A DNA stretch of 64,000 nt from the NCBI GenBank assembly GCA_951406725.2, contig OX597835.1:23746001-23810000 (forward strand), given 5' to 3'. Of this stretch, positions 12,961-26,912 are shown in pieces (position 1 is the first letter of the stretch; each line of letters starts with the position of its first letter). The stretch is from Octopus vulgaris. Lineage: Eukaryota. The notes under the pieces are model-generated. The model was not told the DNA's origin and made no database searches. It saw nothing but the letters and a program-made list of their open reading frames with translations. The position numbers and the translations under genes are program-made.

Positions 12961-13906
12961 TATATATATATGTAAACAGAGTTAGCGGTTATAGTAACTG
13001 ACTAAGGGATAAAATATCCGTTACCTGTATTAACCCCGGGCAATGGTATGCAGGCACACCATACACGTAGAGTGCAGCTAACAACAGGCTAAACAAGAGT
13101 TTTTCAGGAACCATTGCAAATAATTAGAAAATGGAGAAAACCACAGATTAACCAACACATCAATTGGACCATATTTATAGCTTGTTTTTTAATACAAAGC
13201 ATGAGATAACAAAATAGGTGACGTAACATATCTTATGGCCATTACTTATCAGATTGTCGAAATGCAGTCTATACATGAATGCAAGAATAAAACCCTTCAT
13301 CTTCATAAGGCATTCGAATTAAAGCAACGGATCTTCATCAGAGTGAAAAACAAGAGGCATTAGGTACTGCACAGTGGGACTGAACCCCAAACTGCATGAT
13401 TGCAGGGTGAGTTTCTTAACCACACACTCATGTCTATAACTTCAAACTAATGTCTATATTAGTTTGAAGTTATCTTGTAGGTGTTGTAATTTAAGAAGAA
13501 AGTTGTCCATAGTTCAGTGGTTAGAGTGTTGGACTTGCAGTCATGAGGTAGTGAGTTTGATTCCTGGACCGGGCTATGTGTTGTGTTCTTGAGCAAGGCA
13601 CTTTATTTCATGTTGCTCCACTTCACTCAGCTGCAGAAATGAGTTGCACTGTATAGAATCCAGCTGAAACAGACAACTGGTGTCTGGGGTTGTTCCTGGC
13701 TGGCCAGTTCTTGTCCAACTGTCCAACCCATGCCAGCATGGAAAATGGATATTAAACGATGATGATGTATGTATGTATGTATATATACATCAGTATATAT
13801 GTGTGTGAGTATGTGTATAATATATATATGTGTGTGTGTTAAATAAAATGAGACAACAAAGCCAAGGCTGTGTGGAATTTTCAGGACATTTATAAAGAGA
13901 AAGTTA

Positions 13907-13954
13907 GTCTTACAGTTGTTTCAGGGATATTAGGGATATCCCTTTATCAGAGAC
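13907..13954 (-). ncRNA. Degenerate hammerhead motif (G8>A)
   Basis: Minus: GUCU-CUGAUAA-AGGGAUAU-CCCUA-AUAUCCCU-GAAAC-AACU-GUA^AGAC. Confidence 0.55.
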
Positions 13955-14393
13955 AATGCGAGAGAGGGAAATAGTAGAGTTTAGTATATATATATAATGT
14001 GGATTCAAGAACAAGCAAGTGTGGTATCAATGTCTACAAAGTTCTCATATAAACGAGAACTTAGAACCCATTTCCTCCATCCAGTGCAGGTAGCTCTAGT
14101 GTGGGAAAGTTGGCTTTTGAGAACAATTCATATCTGTTGGGCTGTGGAAGTAGAAAGGCAGAGAAGCACAAGCAAGCTGAATGCATCTATTTACATGCGG
14201 TGCAAAACACAAAAGTGTAAAAGAATACAAAATAAATGAAAAGAGTTTTTATCTGCCTTTTGACATATATGTGTGTATGTATGTATGTTAATGTGTGTAG
14301 AATTGAGGTAAAAATATTATCTGTTCTATCTTATTTCAAATATATTTCATTGTTTCCATTTGATTAAACGTGTTGTTGTTGTTATAATTTCAG

Positions 14394-14470
14394 TTGGGCC
14401 GCCACTCCTGTTTCCTGTGTATTTCCAGTATGCACTTCTACACTACGCTATTTCAAGGAGAGCTTGGGCC
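14394..14470 (+). CDS. Fads: Fads exon
   Basis: tttcag|TTGGG...GCC|gtatgt; 77 nt; (I)GPPLLFPVYFQYALLHYAISRRAWA; phase 1/0. Confidence 0.95.
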
Positions 14471-15204
14471 GTATGTATTATTATTGCCTCTCTCTCTCTC
14501 TCTCTCTTTATCTCCCTTCTCTTCTTTTTCTTCCTTCCCTTTTTCTCTCATGTATGCATAACAGAAACATGTTGAGCTATGAATTATAAAGGTCTCTTTA
14601 GCAGGAGATTTAGAAGTTTGTCACATGTAACTGCCATAGAAGTCTACTGGTAACCAGAGGTAATCGTTACACACACATACTAGCGATTGGCAGATTGGCA
14701 GGTATTTGTCTTGCAAGTTACTTGGTGACCTTACTGGTGCAGGTAGCACATAGCCAACCACTCCAAAGAATGTACTGGGTGCTTTTGCTGTGGTGGATCG
14801 GTTTTCTTGAGTGCAGCAAGGTACCAAATGTCTCGGTCCTTAATATCTGAAAACAAATAAGGTGGTTACTTCTGGAGTACAGTGAAGTTGCTTGTGGGTA
14901 GTGGAAAATTCAAAGATCCAGACAGAATCCTTCTCTGGGAAAAATTGATCAGAGAAAAATTCAACTTTCCTCTGAAGAAGGACAACTGTTTGAAATGTTG
15001 GATTTTCCACTCCCCTCAGCAACTTCACGGTACTCTTTTTTTTTATCAATTTTACTGAATAATACAAGCCTTGGTGATGCGGACCAGCACCAGTCTCTGA
15101 GTCCGTTTGATCATACATGTGTGTGTGTGTTCTTTATAAACACATGATGTTTTAATGCAAGACATTTTCTTAGAGATTGTAATATTCCTTTCTTTCTTTT
15201 AAAG

Positions 15205-15302
15205 GACCTTGCTTGGATGGCAGCCTTTTTTATAAAGATTTTCTACCTTTATACTCCCTTTCTTGGATTCTGGGGAGTGTTGGCATACTATTTTGTCGTC
15301 AG
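15205..15302 (+). CDS. Fads: Fads exon
   Basis: tttaaag|GAC...AG|gtaagc; 98 nt; DLAWMAAFFIKIFYLYTPFLGFWGVLAYYFVV(R); phase 0/2. Confidence 0.95.
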
Positions 15303-15863
15303 GTAAGCCTGCTTCTACTATTTCACTTGTACAAGTCTTGCTTGTCTGGTAAAATGTTGAATACTTTTCACTTAACATTGAATTCAATTTACATCAAGGA
15401 CATGTTTTTAACTTAAACCCAGCCCTCCCATACACGCACAAGTACACACAAAAGTCCAAACTACAGTTAAAAGGATGCTTTGGAAAGGTGTTGTTTTTGT
15501 TGGGAATGTGGTAGAACTGAATCTGAAGTTCCAGTCTTAAGCAATACAACTGTTTTAATCAAAGGTAGTACAATAACCAAAGAGGAATTATTGAAGACAT
15601 GGTTATTGATAGCATAATGATGATAATGATGGAGGTGGTGGTGGTGGTGGTGACAAAGTATCAGCACCTAGCCATTGCGTTACAGAGGCTAAGGAAAGTG
15701 CTGGTAAAATGTATCCCTGCATGTATCCTGTCTACCCTTATCGGACAGGTCGTCATGATGGATATATTGGGCTTCGTATATTTGTACCCCAGTGTCACTT
15801 TGATGGCATGTGCTCCTCTCTCACATAATGATAATAATGTAAGAGAGCATCATCATCATCATC

Positions 15864-15897
<34 letters not shown>

Positions 15898-17102
15898 TAA
15901 TAATAATAATTATTATTATTTGTTATGTAGACACAAGTCTTAAGATTCCAGGGGAAGGGGCTCAATCATCAGTCGGTGGTTCACAGTTTTGAGTTCTACT
16001 TTTCATCCTTTTGATCACTGAGTACATAATGTGGCTCATTAGACCTTTGTTCTGGTGCCTTTTTCCTGAGTGACCATCCCCACCCTCTTGTATGCTAATC
16101 TGTCACAAGGGTACCTATTCAGAGCTGAGTGGACTGGAGTGATGTGAAATTATGTGTTTTGCTCAAGAACACATTGTACAGCTGGTCTGGAGATTGAAAC
16201 CATGATGTCTTGATTATGAGTGCAACACTCTAACCACTAGGCCATGTGCCTTGACTGGTTCTTCTTTTCATTGACCCTGAAAGGATTGAAAGGCATATTT
16301 GACCTTGGTAGAATTTGAACTCAAAACGTAAAGATGGAACAAGTGCTACTAAGCATTTTATCCAGCCGGTCAACAATTCTGTTAGCTTCCCACCAATGCC
16401 TGTCTCCATGACAACAACACTAATAATGCAGATATTGTTGTCTGACCAAGGAAAGGCACCTAATTTTGCTATCTCTGGTTGGCCTGCCTGACAAAAACAA
16501 AAGAACAGGTTCTGCTCCTTGTACTTCACAGCAATTGAATTATTAGCAGAACTGAAAGGTAAGAGCCTTGGGCATATTTCACTGAGCCTTAGTTGTTACA
16601 ACAATGCAACCATGAAGGTTTTAACAATAAGAAAGGAAAGAATTTTTAAAATCATGAATGTTGATGATGATAATGATGAGGATAATAATGATGGCATGTC
16701 CTCTTCCTTTTATCTCCCCCACCACTTCTTCCTTTTCTTTTCTGTCTGTCCCTATCAGGTGTCGTTTTATAAAAGAGTTTTTCGTATCTCTATTTCTATA
16801 TTTCTAACTAAATATTTTGATATTAAATCTCAGAGCGAGTTATAAGTTGAAGACTGGAAGGATGGCTTCCCTTTGCAAATACTGATAGGGCACAGAAAGT
16901 GTGTCTATAGCCAGCTGGAGGAGGTGTCCTCCTGGGGCTACAAACTACAGTAGCATCCACCCTTAGGGGTTAGCCAATTTTAAATGGCAAATATACGTCA
17001 CGATATTTTGATTGATTTTTTTTTTTCCTGAAGTAAATCTTTTTTTGAAGTTTGTCTTCAAGATGTATCGACTAGTAATATTTTTTTCTCTTCTGTCTTC
17101 AG

Positions 17103-17279
17103 GTGTGTTGAAAGTCACTGGTTTACCTGGGTCAGTCAGTCTAACCACATTCCAATGGATGTAGAACATGATACAGCCCAACCCTGGCTTGCCTTGCAAC
17201 TCCATGCGACCTGTGATATTGAGAAGTCATTTTTCAATGATTGGTTTACCGGACATCTTAATTTCCAAATCGAACACCA
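17103..17279 (+). CDS. Fads: Fads exon with His box 3
   Basis: cttcag|G...CA|gtaatt; 177 nt; [58 protein letters not shown](H); QIEHH box diagnostic of front-end desaturases. Confidence 0.97.
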
Positions 17280-18319
17280 GTAATTATTATTAATTATGAC
17301 TATCAGTAATTATTGATTGCAGATTCATTAGCACACTGGACAAAATGCACAGTGTCGAGCTAGCAGAATTTATAGCCTGCTGGGCAAAACGCTCAGTGGT
17401 ATTTTGTCTGTCTGTATACTCTTACTCTTTACTCTTTGACTTGTTTCAGTCATTTGACTGTGACCATGCTGGAGCACCGCCTTTAGTCGAGCAAATCGAC
17501 CCCAGGACTTATTCTTTGTAAGCCTAGTACTTATTCTATCGGTCTCTTTTGCCGGACCGCTAAGTTACGGGGACGTAAACACACCAGCATCGGTTGTCAA
17601 GTGATGTTGGGGGACAAAAACACACACATATATATACATATATACGACAGGCTTCTTTCAGTTTCTGTCTACCAAATCCACTCACAAGGCTTTGGTCAGC
17701 TCGAGGCTATAGTAGAAGACACTTGCCCAAGGTGCCACGCAGTGGGACTGAACCCGGAACCATGTGGTTGGTAAGCAAGCTACTTACCACACAGCCACTC
17801 CTGTGCCTATGTTCCGTATGTTCTGTGTTTAAATGCCACTGAGGTCAACTTTACCTTTTGTCCTTTTGATGTCTATAAAGTAAATACCAGTCATGTACTG
17901 GTGTCATTCAACTTCTTCCTCTCTCCAAAAAACTGCTGGCCACTAAGCATTTTATCTGGCATGCTAACATTTCTACCTGTTCACCACCTTGATGATCATC
18001 ATCGCTTAATGTCTGCTTTCCGTGCTGGCATGAGTTGGACGGTTTGACATTGAGCTGGTTAACTGGGGGCTATCCAGACTCCAACTGCCTGGTTTCTGCA
18101 GCTGGATACCCTTCCTAATGCCAACCACTCAACAGTGTGCTGGGTGCCTTTTTACATGCAACTGGCTCAAGTGCATTTAAGCAGAACTGGCATGAGTGCA
18201 TTCCTGCAGCACCGACACGAGTGCTTTCTATGTGGCACTGGCATCTGAAAGGACAAGCCTGTATGTGGATGACAGTGATGTTGCTTAGCTTGGTGTGTCT
18301 TGATGATAATAATGATAAT

Positions 18320-18550
18320 AAGGCGGCAAGCTGGCAGAACCGTTAGCACGCCGGGCGAAATGCGTAGCCGTATTTCGTCTACCGTTAAGTTCTGAGTTCA
18401 AATTCCGCCGAGGTCGACTTTGTCTTTCATCCTTTCGGGGTCGATAAATTAAGTACCAGTTATGTACTGAGGTCGATGTAATCGACTTAATCTGTTTGTC
18501 TGTCCTTGTTTGTCCCCTCTATGTTTAGCCCCTTGTGGGTAATAAAGAAA
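18320..18550 (+). mobile_element. tRNA-derived SINE family A (representative; dozens of copies, e.g. 1717-1932, 60219-60452, 62295-62880)
   Basis: GGCAAGCTGGCAGAA...GAGTTCAAATTCC (B box)...TTTCATCCTTTCGGGGTCGATAAATTAAGTACCAG central domain. Confidence 0.85.
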
Positions 18551-18813
18551 CATATAATGATAATACTAATAATAATTCTTTCTAATTTTGGCTCATGCCG
18601 AGTAAGTTTGAGGAGAGGGCTTGGTCGATTACATTGGCTCCAGTGTTACTTATGTTATCGACTCTCAAAAAGGGAAAAGTAAAGATGACCTTGGCTCAAT
18701 TTGAACTCAGAACACAAAATTAGAAGAAATGCCACTAAGCATTTTATTTTGTCCACTAAATCTGAAATGTAACCAAAATGCTAACCTTTTTCTCATTGTT
18801 CTCTGTTTTTCAG

Positions 18814-18939
18814 CTTGTTTCCTACAATGCCACGGCACAATCTCTACAAGATTGCACCTTATGTGAAATCATTGTGTGAAAAACATGGTATAAGATACGA
18901 AGTAAAACCCCTGGGGAAAGCATTTGTTGATGTTGTACG
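18814..18939 (+). CDS. Fads: Fads exon
   Basis: ttttcag|C...CG|gtgagt; 126 nt; [41 protein letters not shown](R). Confidence 0.97.
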
Positions 18940-19177
18940 GTGAGTTTTGCTCTTTCTCACCTGTATTTTTTTTTCTTCTTTTGTCAACCTGTCATTGCTG
19001 TCTTCTGTGTGTGTGGGTCTACTACCACCTTACTAAGATTAAATGATATACAGGTGTGTATAAGTGTTTTGTTGTGTCCTCATATAGATTGATGAAACAC
19101 TTCTCATTCTTCTGACGTCCCACTACTTTCTGAAAAACGACAAGATAGCTTTTACTTCACTATAGTGATAACGAAGA

Positions 19178-19510
19178 CACATGACTCAGTGGTTGGAGCG
19201 TCAGTCTTACAATCACGAGGTAGTGAGTTCGATTCCTGGGTCGGGCTGTGTGTTGTGTTCTTGAGCAAGACATTTTATTTTCATGCTGCTCCAGTTCATT
19301 CAGCCGTAGAAATGAGTTGCAATGTCTCTGGTGCCAAGCTGTATCAGTCTTTGTCTTTCCCTTGGATAACATTGGTGACATGGAGGGGTGGGGCTGGTAT
19401 GCATGGGCAACTGCTGGTCTTCCATAAAAACAACCTTGCTTAGACTTGTGCTTTTGAGGGGACTTCCTAGGTGCAATCCCATGGCCCTTCTTGACCGAAG
19501 GGGATCTTCA
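19178..19510 (+). mobile_element. tRNA-derived SINE family D (also 13510-13650, 34650-34960, 38210-38510 -, 63680-63995 -)
   Basis: CAGTGGTT.GAGCGTC...GAGTTCGATTCC...TGTTCTTGAGCAAG.CA. Confidence 0.75.
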
Positions 19511-20520
19511 CCTTTTACTTGTTTCATTCATTAGACTGCGGCCATGATGGGGCTCCGTCTTGAAAAATATTTTTAGTTGAATGAATCGATTTTAGTACAT
19601 TAATGTTGGTCCAAACAGAAATTTGGTAACAAGGTTATTTTACCAAATTCTTCATTTTTTTCAAAATTAGTTAAAAGAAAGATACTACCAATTAGTAGAA
19701 TCTTCAAATATTTAAAGAACCCGAGTTATGTACCTTGCTTCAGTAATAGCATTGAGTTACGTGCCTTTAAGGCACATAACTCAATGCTATTACCGAAGTT
19801 TATTCCTCCTCCAGTCAAGTGAAACTCATTATAAATGCATTATCTTCTTTAACCTTTTCATAGACTCATACCCTGGAGAACATAGAGTACAAGTACATAA
19901 CGGCACAAATTTTTCAGTGGGGCTTTTTGGAAGGAAATTTAATTTAATGATCACTGATAATTTTAATTTTGACTTTTAGAAAAGCAGAGCTGCACTGAAC
20001 AACATTCTAAATACATCAGTGCCCCTGTGATGACATTGTCTCATGTACATTTGTCCGGTATTCACTTGCTATTTATTTTAGCGACCCCTAAAAAGGTGGA
20101 AAGTAAAATCAACCTCGGCAGAATTTGAACTCAGATTGTTATGACGGACGAAATGGCACTAAGCATTTTGTCCATTAAAGTAACAGTTCTGCCAGCTCAA
20201 TGCCTTAATAATAATAATAATAATAATAAAAATAATAATAATAATAATAGTAATCATCCTTTCTACTGTTGGTACAAGGCCTGAAATTTTAGGGATGGAC
20301 CTAGTCAGTTACATCGACCCTAGTACTCAACTGGTACTTATTTTATCGACCCTGAAAGGATGAAAGGTAAAGTCAGCCCTGGCGGAATTTGAGCTCACAA
20401 CTTAAAGGTGAACAAAATGCTGCTAAACATTTTGCCTGGCATGCTAATGATTCTTATTACTTTATTGCCCACAAGGGGCTAAACATAGAGGGGACAAACA
20501 AGGACAGACCAAGGGATTAA

Positions 20521-20740
20521 CCCTTTTGTTACTAACCCGGCCAAAACCGGCTCTGGCTCTGTGGTAAAATGTCTTGTTTTCATAAGTTTTGAATTAGAAT
20601 ATTCCACCAAATCTTAGTCACAACTTACGTTCCTAACACTAGCTTAATAATAACTAAGTTATTTTACTATATTCTTTGTTATATTTAAAACAATTGAAAG
20701 AAACACAGAGCATCTCAAAATAAATACAGTAATGAAAGGG
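20521..20740 (+). mobile_element. piggyBac-like MITE inserted into a SINE
   Basis: TTAA|CCCTTTTGTTAC...GTAATGAAAGGG|TTAA; splits the SINE motif GGATTAAGTCGAT. Confidence 0.85.
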
Positions 20741-21391
20741 TTAAGTCGATTACATCGATCCCAGTGCGTAAGTGCATAACTGGTACTTAATTTATCGACC
20801 CCGAAAGGATGAAAGGCAAAGTCGACCTTGGTGGAATTTGAACTCAGAACATAATGGCAGACGAAATACCGCTAAGCATTTCGCCTGGCCTGCTAACATT
20901 TCTGCCAGCTCGCCGGCTGATGCTAATGATTCTGCCAGGTCAATGATATTTCTAATATAGGCACAAGGCCATAGCTTTAGTAGGGGTGGGGGTTGGTTGA
21001 CTCCTGTGCTTGACTGGTGCTTTATTTTCTTGATCCTGAAGAAGGCAACTCAAGTTGGTCGTGGGAAGGATTTGAAACCGGAATGTAAAGCAGTGCAGCA
21101 AAGACTGCAAAGCATTTCTTCTGATGTAGAAACGATTCATGTCAAAACACTGCTTTTAATAATAACTACAATAATAATGGTTTCAAATTTTGGTACCAGT
21201 CCAGCACTTTTGAGGGTGGCAAGAGATGCCATGAGAGTGAAACACAGCCAACTCATAGAAGAATGGAAAGCTACTACATATACAGTAATACCTCGACTGT
21301 TATGTTCCAAAATCCCCTGCGATAGGTAAAAATCCATGAAGTATAAACTACTGTATTTTTAAAAAATTATTTTTATAATTTATATATATTA

Positions 21392-21593
21392 CCGAGATGT
21401 ACTTGCATAGCGAGTGACTTGATCTGAGATCATGTGCTGGAACGAAAACAATTGCAGTGTGGAAGGTGTTTATAAACCATTTAAGAAACACACAAAAACT
21501 GTTAGATTCCCTTCAACATTTAAATTGAATTTGCTAAGATATTTTCGGCACTTTGAGACCGTGACCTGATCACTGACAAAATTCCTTGCTGCA
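21392..21593 (-). repeat. Interspersed repeat (copy 1), homologous to 48640-48838
   Basis: Reverse complement aligns over ~200 bp with 48640-48838; carries the G3-C8 HHR-like motif. Confidence 0.8.
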
Positions 21594-22112
21594 TTTATAT
21601 TTATTTTATTATAAATGCAAAGCAACACCATGGAGGAATTGACGTAAGCTTAAATAATAAACTGTGATATGGCAAGGGATTACTGCACTTGTCCTTGAGG
21701 TGGGTTGAGCAGGATCTGACCAATGAGTTTGCCACAACCCTAATGAATGTTGACCATATACGGTGGTCAGCCACAGTCAAGGCTGCAGTGGAATGTAGAC
21801 ACTGTGGGCATAGTTGCCATTTGCTGAAGTGTAGAGTTCAAGTTTGGAAGTTTCAGTGGGATTAGAAGTTCACATGTGGTTCCTTATCACATGTATACAA
21901 ACTTTGGGGATAATGTAATGGAAAAGTTGATGTAAAAATGATTGCAACAATACATATATATAATACATATATATATATATACGCACATATATATATATGT
22001 ATATAAATATATATACATGTTTATCTGTTGGTGGTGCATGTGTGTGTATATGAATACATATATATATATATTTTTTATTGTATTCTATTTTTTATTTTAA
22101 TTGTTATTTCAG

Positions 22113-22173
22113 GACCTTGAAACATTCCGGAGAGATCTGGTATGCAGCATATCAAGCACATCATATGTTATAG
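22113..22173 (+). CDS. Fads: Fads terminal coding exon
   Basis: tttcag|G ACC...TTA TAG; (R)[19 protein letters not shown]; aligns with vertebrate SLKKSGKLWLDAYLH; stop at 22171-22173. Confidence 0.92.
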
Positions 22174-22189
22174 AAAATATCCATATTCA

Positions 22190-22735
<546 letters not shown>

Positions 22736-22964
22736 AACATCAATATAATGAAACAGCGAAACCAAAAGAAGTTCGGGGAGGGGGAGGGGAAAGAAGACTT
22801 GAAACTCCAAGAGAAATCCCAAGGACCCAGAATAACAACCATAATCTTCAAGATTACTGCTGCCATGGGACATAGAAAGCAATTCGTCTTTGAGTGTTTT
22901 TTTTTTTTTTGTTTGTGTTTCAGTCATTTTTTTAAACAGCAGTCATTATTATTATTATTATGCA

Positions 22965-23192
22965 AAGGGGCAAGCTGAAAGAATCGTTGGCATAGTGGGC
23001 AAAATGCTTAGCGGCATTTCGTCCATCTTTACATTCTGGGTTCAAGTTCCAATGGGGTTCGCTTTATCTTTTCATCTTTTGGGGTCGATAAAATAAGTAC
23101 CAGTTGAATACTGGGGATCGATGTAATCGACTTGCCCCTATGCCGAAATTGCTGGCCTTGTGCCAAAATTGGAAATCATCTTGATCATCATC

Positions 23193-23227
<35 letters not shown>

Positions 23228-24354
23228 GTCAGCAAGCTGGCAGACTCGTTAGCATGCTGGACAAAATGCTTAGCACCATTTTGTTTGTCTTTATGTTTTG
23301 AGTTCAAATTCCACCAAGGTTGACTTTGCCTTTCATCCTTTCAGGGTTGATAAAACAAGTACCAGTTGAACACTGGGGGTCGATGTAATCGACTAGTACC
23401 CTCCCCCGAAATTACCGGCCTTGTGCCTATAGTAGAAATAAATATTATTGTGGATGACCGGCAGAATTGTTAGAGTGTCATAAACTAAGAAAGTAGAAAA
23501 AAAAGCCTTGCGGTATTTCTTTTGATATTTTATGGCCAGAGTTCAAATCTCACTGAGGTCAGCTTTGCCTTTCTTCCTCTTGGGGATCATTAAAATAACG
23601 TACCAGTGAAGAACTGGGGTCCCTTTCTTCAAAATTGCTGGCCTTGTGCCTAAATTGGAAGCAATTTTTGTTATCAATCAGCAAGACCACTAGAGCATCA
23701 GATTAAGTACTTGGCAGTATTTTTCTCTGACTTTTTATGTTCTGAGTTCAAATCTGCCCCAGGACAACTTTCACTTTCATTTCTCTGGGGTTGAAAAAGA
23801 AAAAAATACCAGCCAACTACTTGGGCCAATGATATCAACTAGCACCCCCCCACACCTTCTCCCATCAAAATGGTTGGCCTTGTCCCTATGTTAGAATGCT
23901 TAGTGGCATTTCATCTATCTTTACATTCTGAGTTCAAATTCTGCTGCGGTTGACTCTGCCTTTCAGGTTTGATTATATAGATACCAGTTAAACACTGTGG
24001 GGTCAGTGTAATTCGCTTACCCCTCCCCCCAAAAAATTTCAGGCCTTGTGCTTTTAGTACAAAGGATTACAAGGTGGTGAGCTGGCAGAATCATTCCCAC
24101 ACTGGTCAAAATGTTTAGCAATATTTATCTGGTCTTTGGTCTTTATGTTCTGAATCCAAATTCTGGCAAGGTTGATTTTTACCTTTCATTCTTTTGGGTT
24201 TGTCAAAAAAAAAAAAAAATACCAGCTGAGCAATGGGGGTTGACAAAATAAATATCAGTTAAGGAATGGGAGTGGGGGTTGATGTTATCATCTAGCGCCT
24301 TTCCCAAAATTTCAGGCCCTGTACCTATTGTACAAAGAATTCTTCTTATTATTA

Positions 24355-24406
<52 letters not shown>

Positions 24407-25100
24407 GGCAGAATCATTAGAGTGTTGGACGAAATGCTAAGTGGCATTTCTTCCAGCCCTTTACATTCTGAGTTCAAATCCTGCCAGGGTCATCTCTGCT
24501 TTTCATCCTTTTCAAGGTCAGTAAAAATAAAGTTCCAGTCACGTACTGGGGTCGATGGTATTGACTAAACCCCCTTCCCTTTGAAGGTTGCTGACCTTTT
24601 GCCAAAATGAGAAACAATTGTAACAATGGTGGTAGATGGGCAGAATTGGTGAGAGTATCAAACAAAATGTGTTTGTGGTATTTAATGACATCTGTTGGCA
24701 TGTTTTGAGTTCAAATCCTGCTGAGGGAGTGATAGAATTTAAGTACGGTTCAAGTCCTGGGATTAATATAATTGACTTTACCCCCACCACATACAACACA
24801 CCTCTAAATATACATTTTTGGCCTTGATTTATGTAAGAAGTTATTATTATTATTATTATTATTATTATTGTTATTAATTGACAGAATTGTTCTGTGCCGG
24901 AAAAAATGCTTAGCATTTCTTTCGACTCTTTATGTCCTGGGTTCAAACGCCACCAGGGTCCACTTTGCCTTTCATCCTTTCTGGGTCGATAAATTAAGTA
25001 CCAGTTGAATACTGGGGTCAATGAAATTGACTTATCCTCTCCCCCAATCTTCCTGGCCGTGTGTTAAAATTTGAAATCATCATTATCATCATCATCATCA

Positions 25101-25135
<35 letters not shown>

Positions 25136-26490
25136 GAGACCCTGAGCTAGCAGATTTGTTAAAGCACTAGAAAAATGCTTTGCAGTATTTTTTTTTTCTG
25201 GATTGTCATGTTCTGATTTCATCCCTCTGGGGTCAGTAAATAGCATTACCAGTTAAATATATCAACCAAACCCCCTTCTCCAAATTTATGGCCTTGTGCT
25301 TTTTAAGAAATTATTATTATTATTATTATTATTATTAAGGCAGTGAGCTGGGAGAGTCGTTACCATACCAAACAAAATGCTTAGTTGCATTTCATCTGGC
25401 TCTTTATGTTGTGGGTTCAAACCCTGCTGAGGTCGACTTTGCCTTTTATCCTTCCAGCATCAATAAAACAAGTACCAGTCAAGTACTGGGGATCGATGTG
25501 ATTGGTTTCCCCCTCCCCACAAAAATCCAGGCCTTGTGCCGATAGTAGAAAGGATTATTATTATTATTACTAAGGTGGCTAGCTGGTAGAATTGTTACCA
25601 TATTAGACAAAACTGCAACATTTCTTCCCATTCTTTATGTTGTGAGTTCAAATCCTGCTGAGGTCAACTTTGCATTTCATGCTTTTGGAGCTGGTAAAAT
25701 GTGTACCAGTTGTGCACTGGGGTCAATGTATTGAAAGGCTCCCTCCCCACAAAATTTATTTGAGGCCTTGTGCCTATAATTTAATGGATTATTATTTATC
25801 TGGTATGACATATTGGCAAACTGTCTCACTTAGAGCTGTCTCCATTGTATTATACATATTTTGAGTTCATGTCTCTCGGGGTTGGGGGGGTGATGGGGGA
25901 GGTCGACTTTGTGGCCATGACAGAATGATTAACCAGTTATACATTGCAGGAAGAAGGGTGGGTTGGGTGGTGGTGTAAACAGTTAATGTAACTAATTGTA
26001 TGTAAAATGCAAATACACATTGCTACTACTACCACCACTACTACTACTACTGAAGACTGATGGATTGGCAAAATTGGTAGGGCATTGCCCTCCGCCTCTC
26101 TTGTGTATTTAGTTACATACTTTTGCATTCTGTCTTTATATCTATCTGTGGTCAAATTGGCCTTTCATCCATCGGGTGGGGGTCAGTCAAATAAGTACAG
26201 CGCAAGTCCTGGGTCAAAGTAACTGATGATTGTTTACCCTCAAACTTTTGTCACTGTACCTCTGGTGGAATCAATTAGTATTATCATTATTATGAAGGTC
26301 GTTAGCACATGAGGCATTTGTCTATCCTTATGTTCTGAGTTCAAATTCCACCAAGGTCGACTTTGCTTTTCATCCTTTTGGGGTTGTTAAATTAAGTATC
26401 AATTGAACAATGGGGTCAATGTTGTTGACTAGTTCCCACTGCTCAAATTCCAGGCCTTGTGCCTTTAGTAGAAAGGATTATTATTATTAT
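22965..26490 (+). repeat. Head-to-tail array of family A SINEs separated by (ATT)n
   Basis: Well over a dozen consecutive same-orientation copies of GAGTTCAAAT...TTTCATCCTTT...GTACCAGT...GGCCTTGTGCC. Confidence 0.85.
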
Positions 26491-26829
26491 TTATAAGATA
26501 TCCAGCTTAGTGGCACTGACTGTAAAGTGCTCAGCCAGGCTGCTTTGCAGTGTATTTGGTTTCATTTCCCCCTTTTTCTGGGTCCAAAAGTCTTGCCAAG
26601 GTTGACTTTTACCCCCTTTTGCCTTTGTCTTCATGGAAGGAGTAAGGGGTTAAGAGTAGGGTTTGTCCAAGACTTGATTAAAATAAATACCAGTAATGTA
26701 CTGAGGTTGATTCAATTAACTACTATACACAGAAGCACACCCTGTCTCCCTTAACATAACATATGGCCTCATTTTGAAGTTACAAATACACACACACACA
26801 CAGTCACCCTATTTCATTCCATCATGGCT

Positions 26830-26912
26830 ACCTCTGATGAGTGCAAGGTTACATAATCGGACCATTACCTAACATTCTGTTGAACTCCTAGTGTGAAACC
26901 GATTGGTAAGGT
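26830..26912 (+). ncRNA. Type I hammerhead ribozyme motif
   Basis: ACCU-CUGAUGA-GUGCAAGG...CCUAGUGU-GAAAC-CGAUUG-GUA^AGGU; core intact, stem II rich in G-U pairs. Confidence 0.65.

Noticed and set aside
13295-13348. Minus-strand CTGATGA-AGATCC...GAAT (similar case at 3045-3075)
   Set aside because: Second core strand and stems are too degenerate to call; may be ancient HHR relics
13436-13473. 16-bp perfect inverted repeat starting ATAACTTC, superficially loxP-like
   Set aside because: Only 8 nt match loxP, arm and spacer lengths are wrong; likely a local fold-back
22965-26490. Repeat-spacer periodicity resembling a CRISPR array
   Set aside because: Units are ~200-bp diverged SINEs in eukaryotic DNA; no identical short repeats or cas genes
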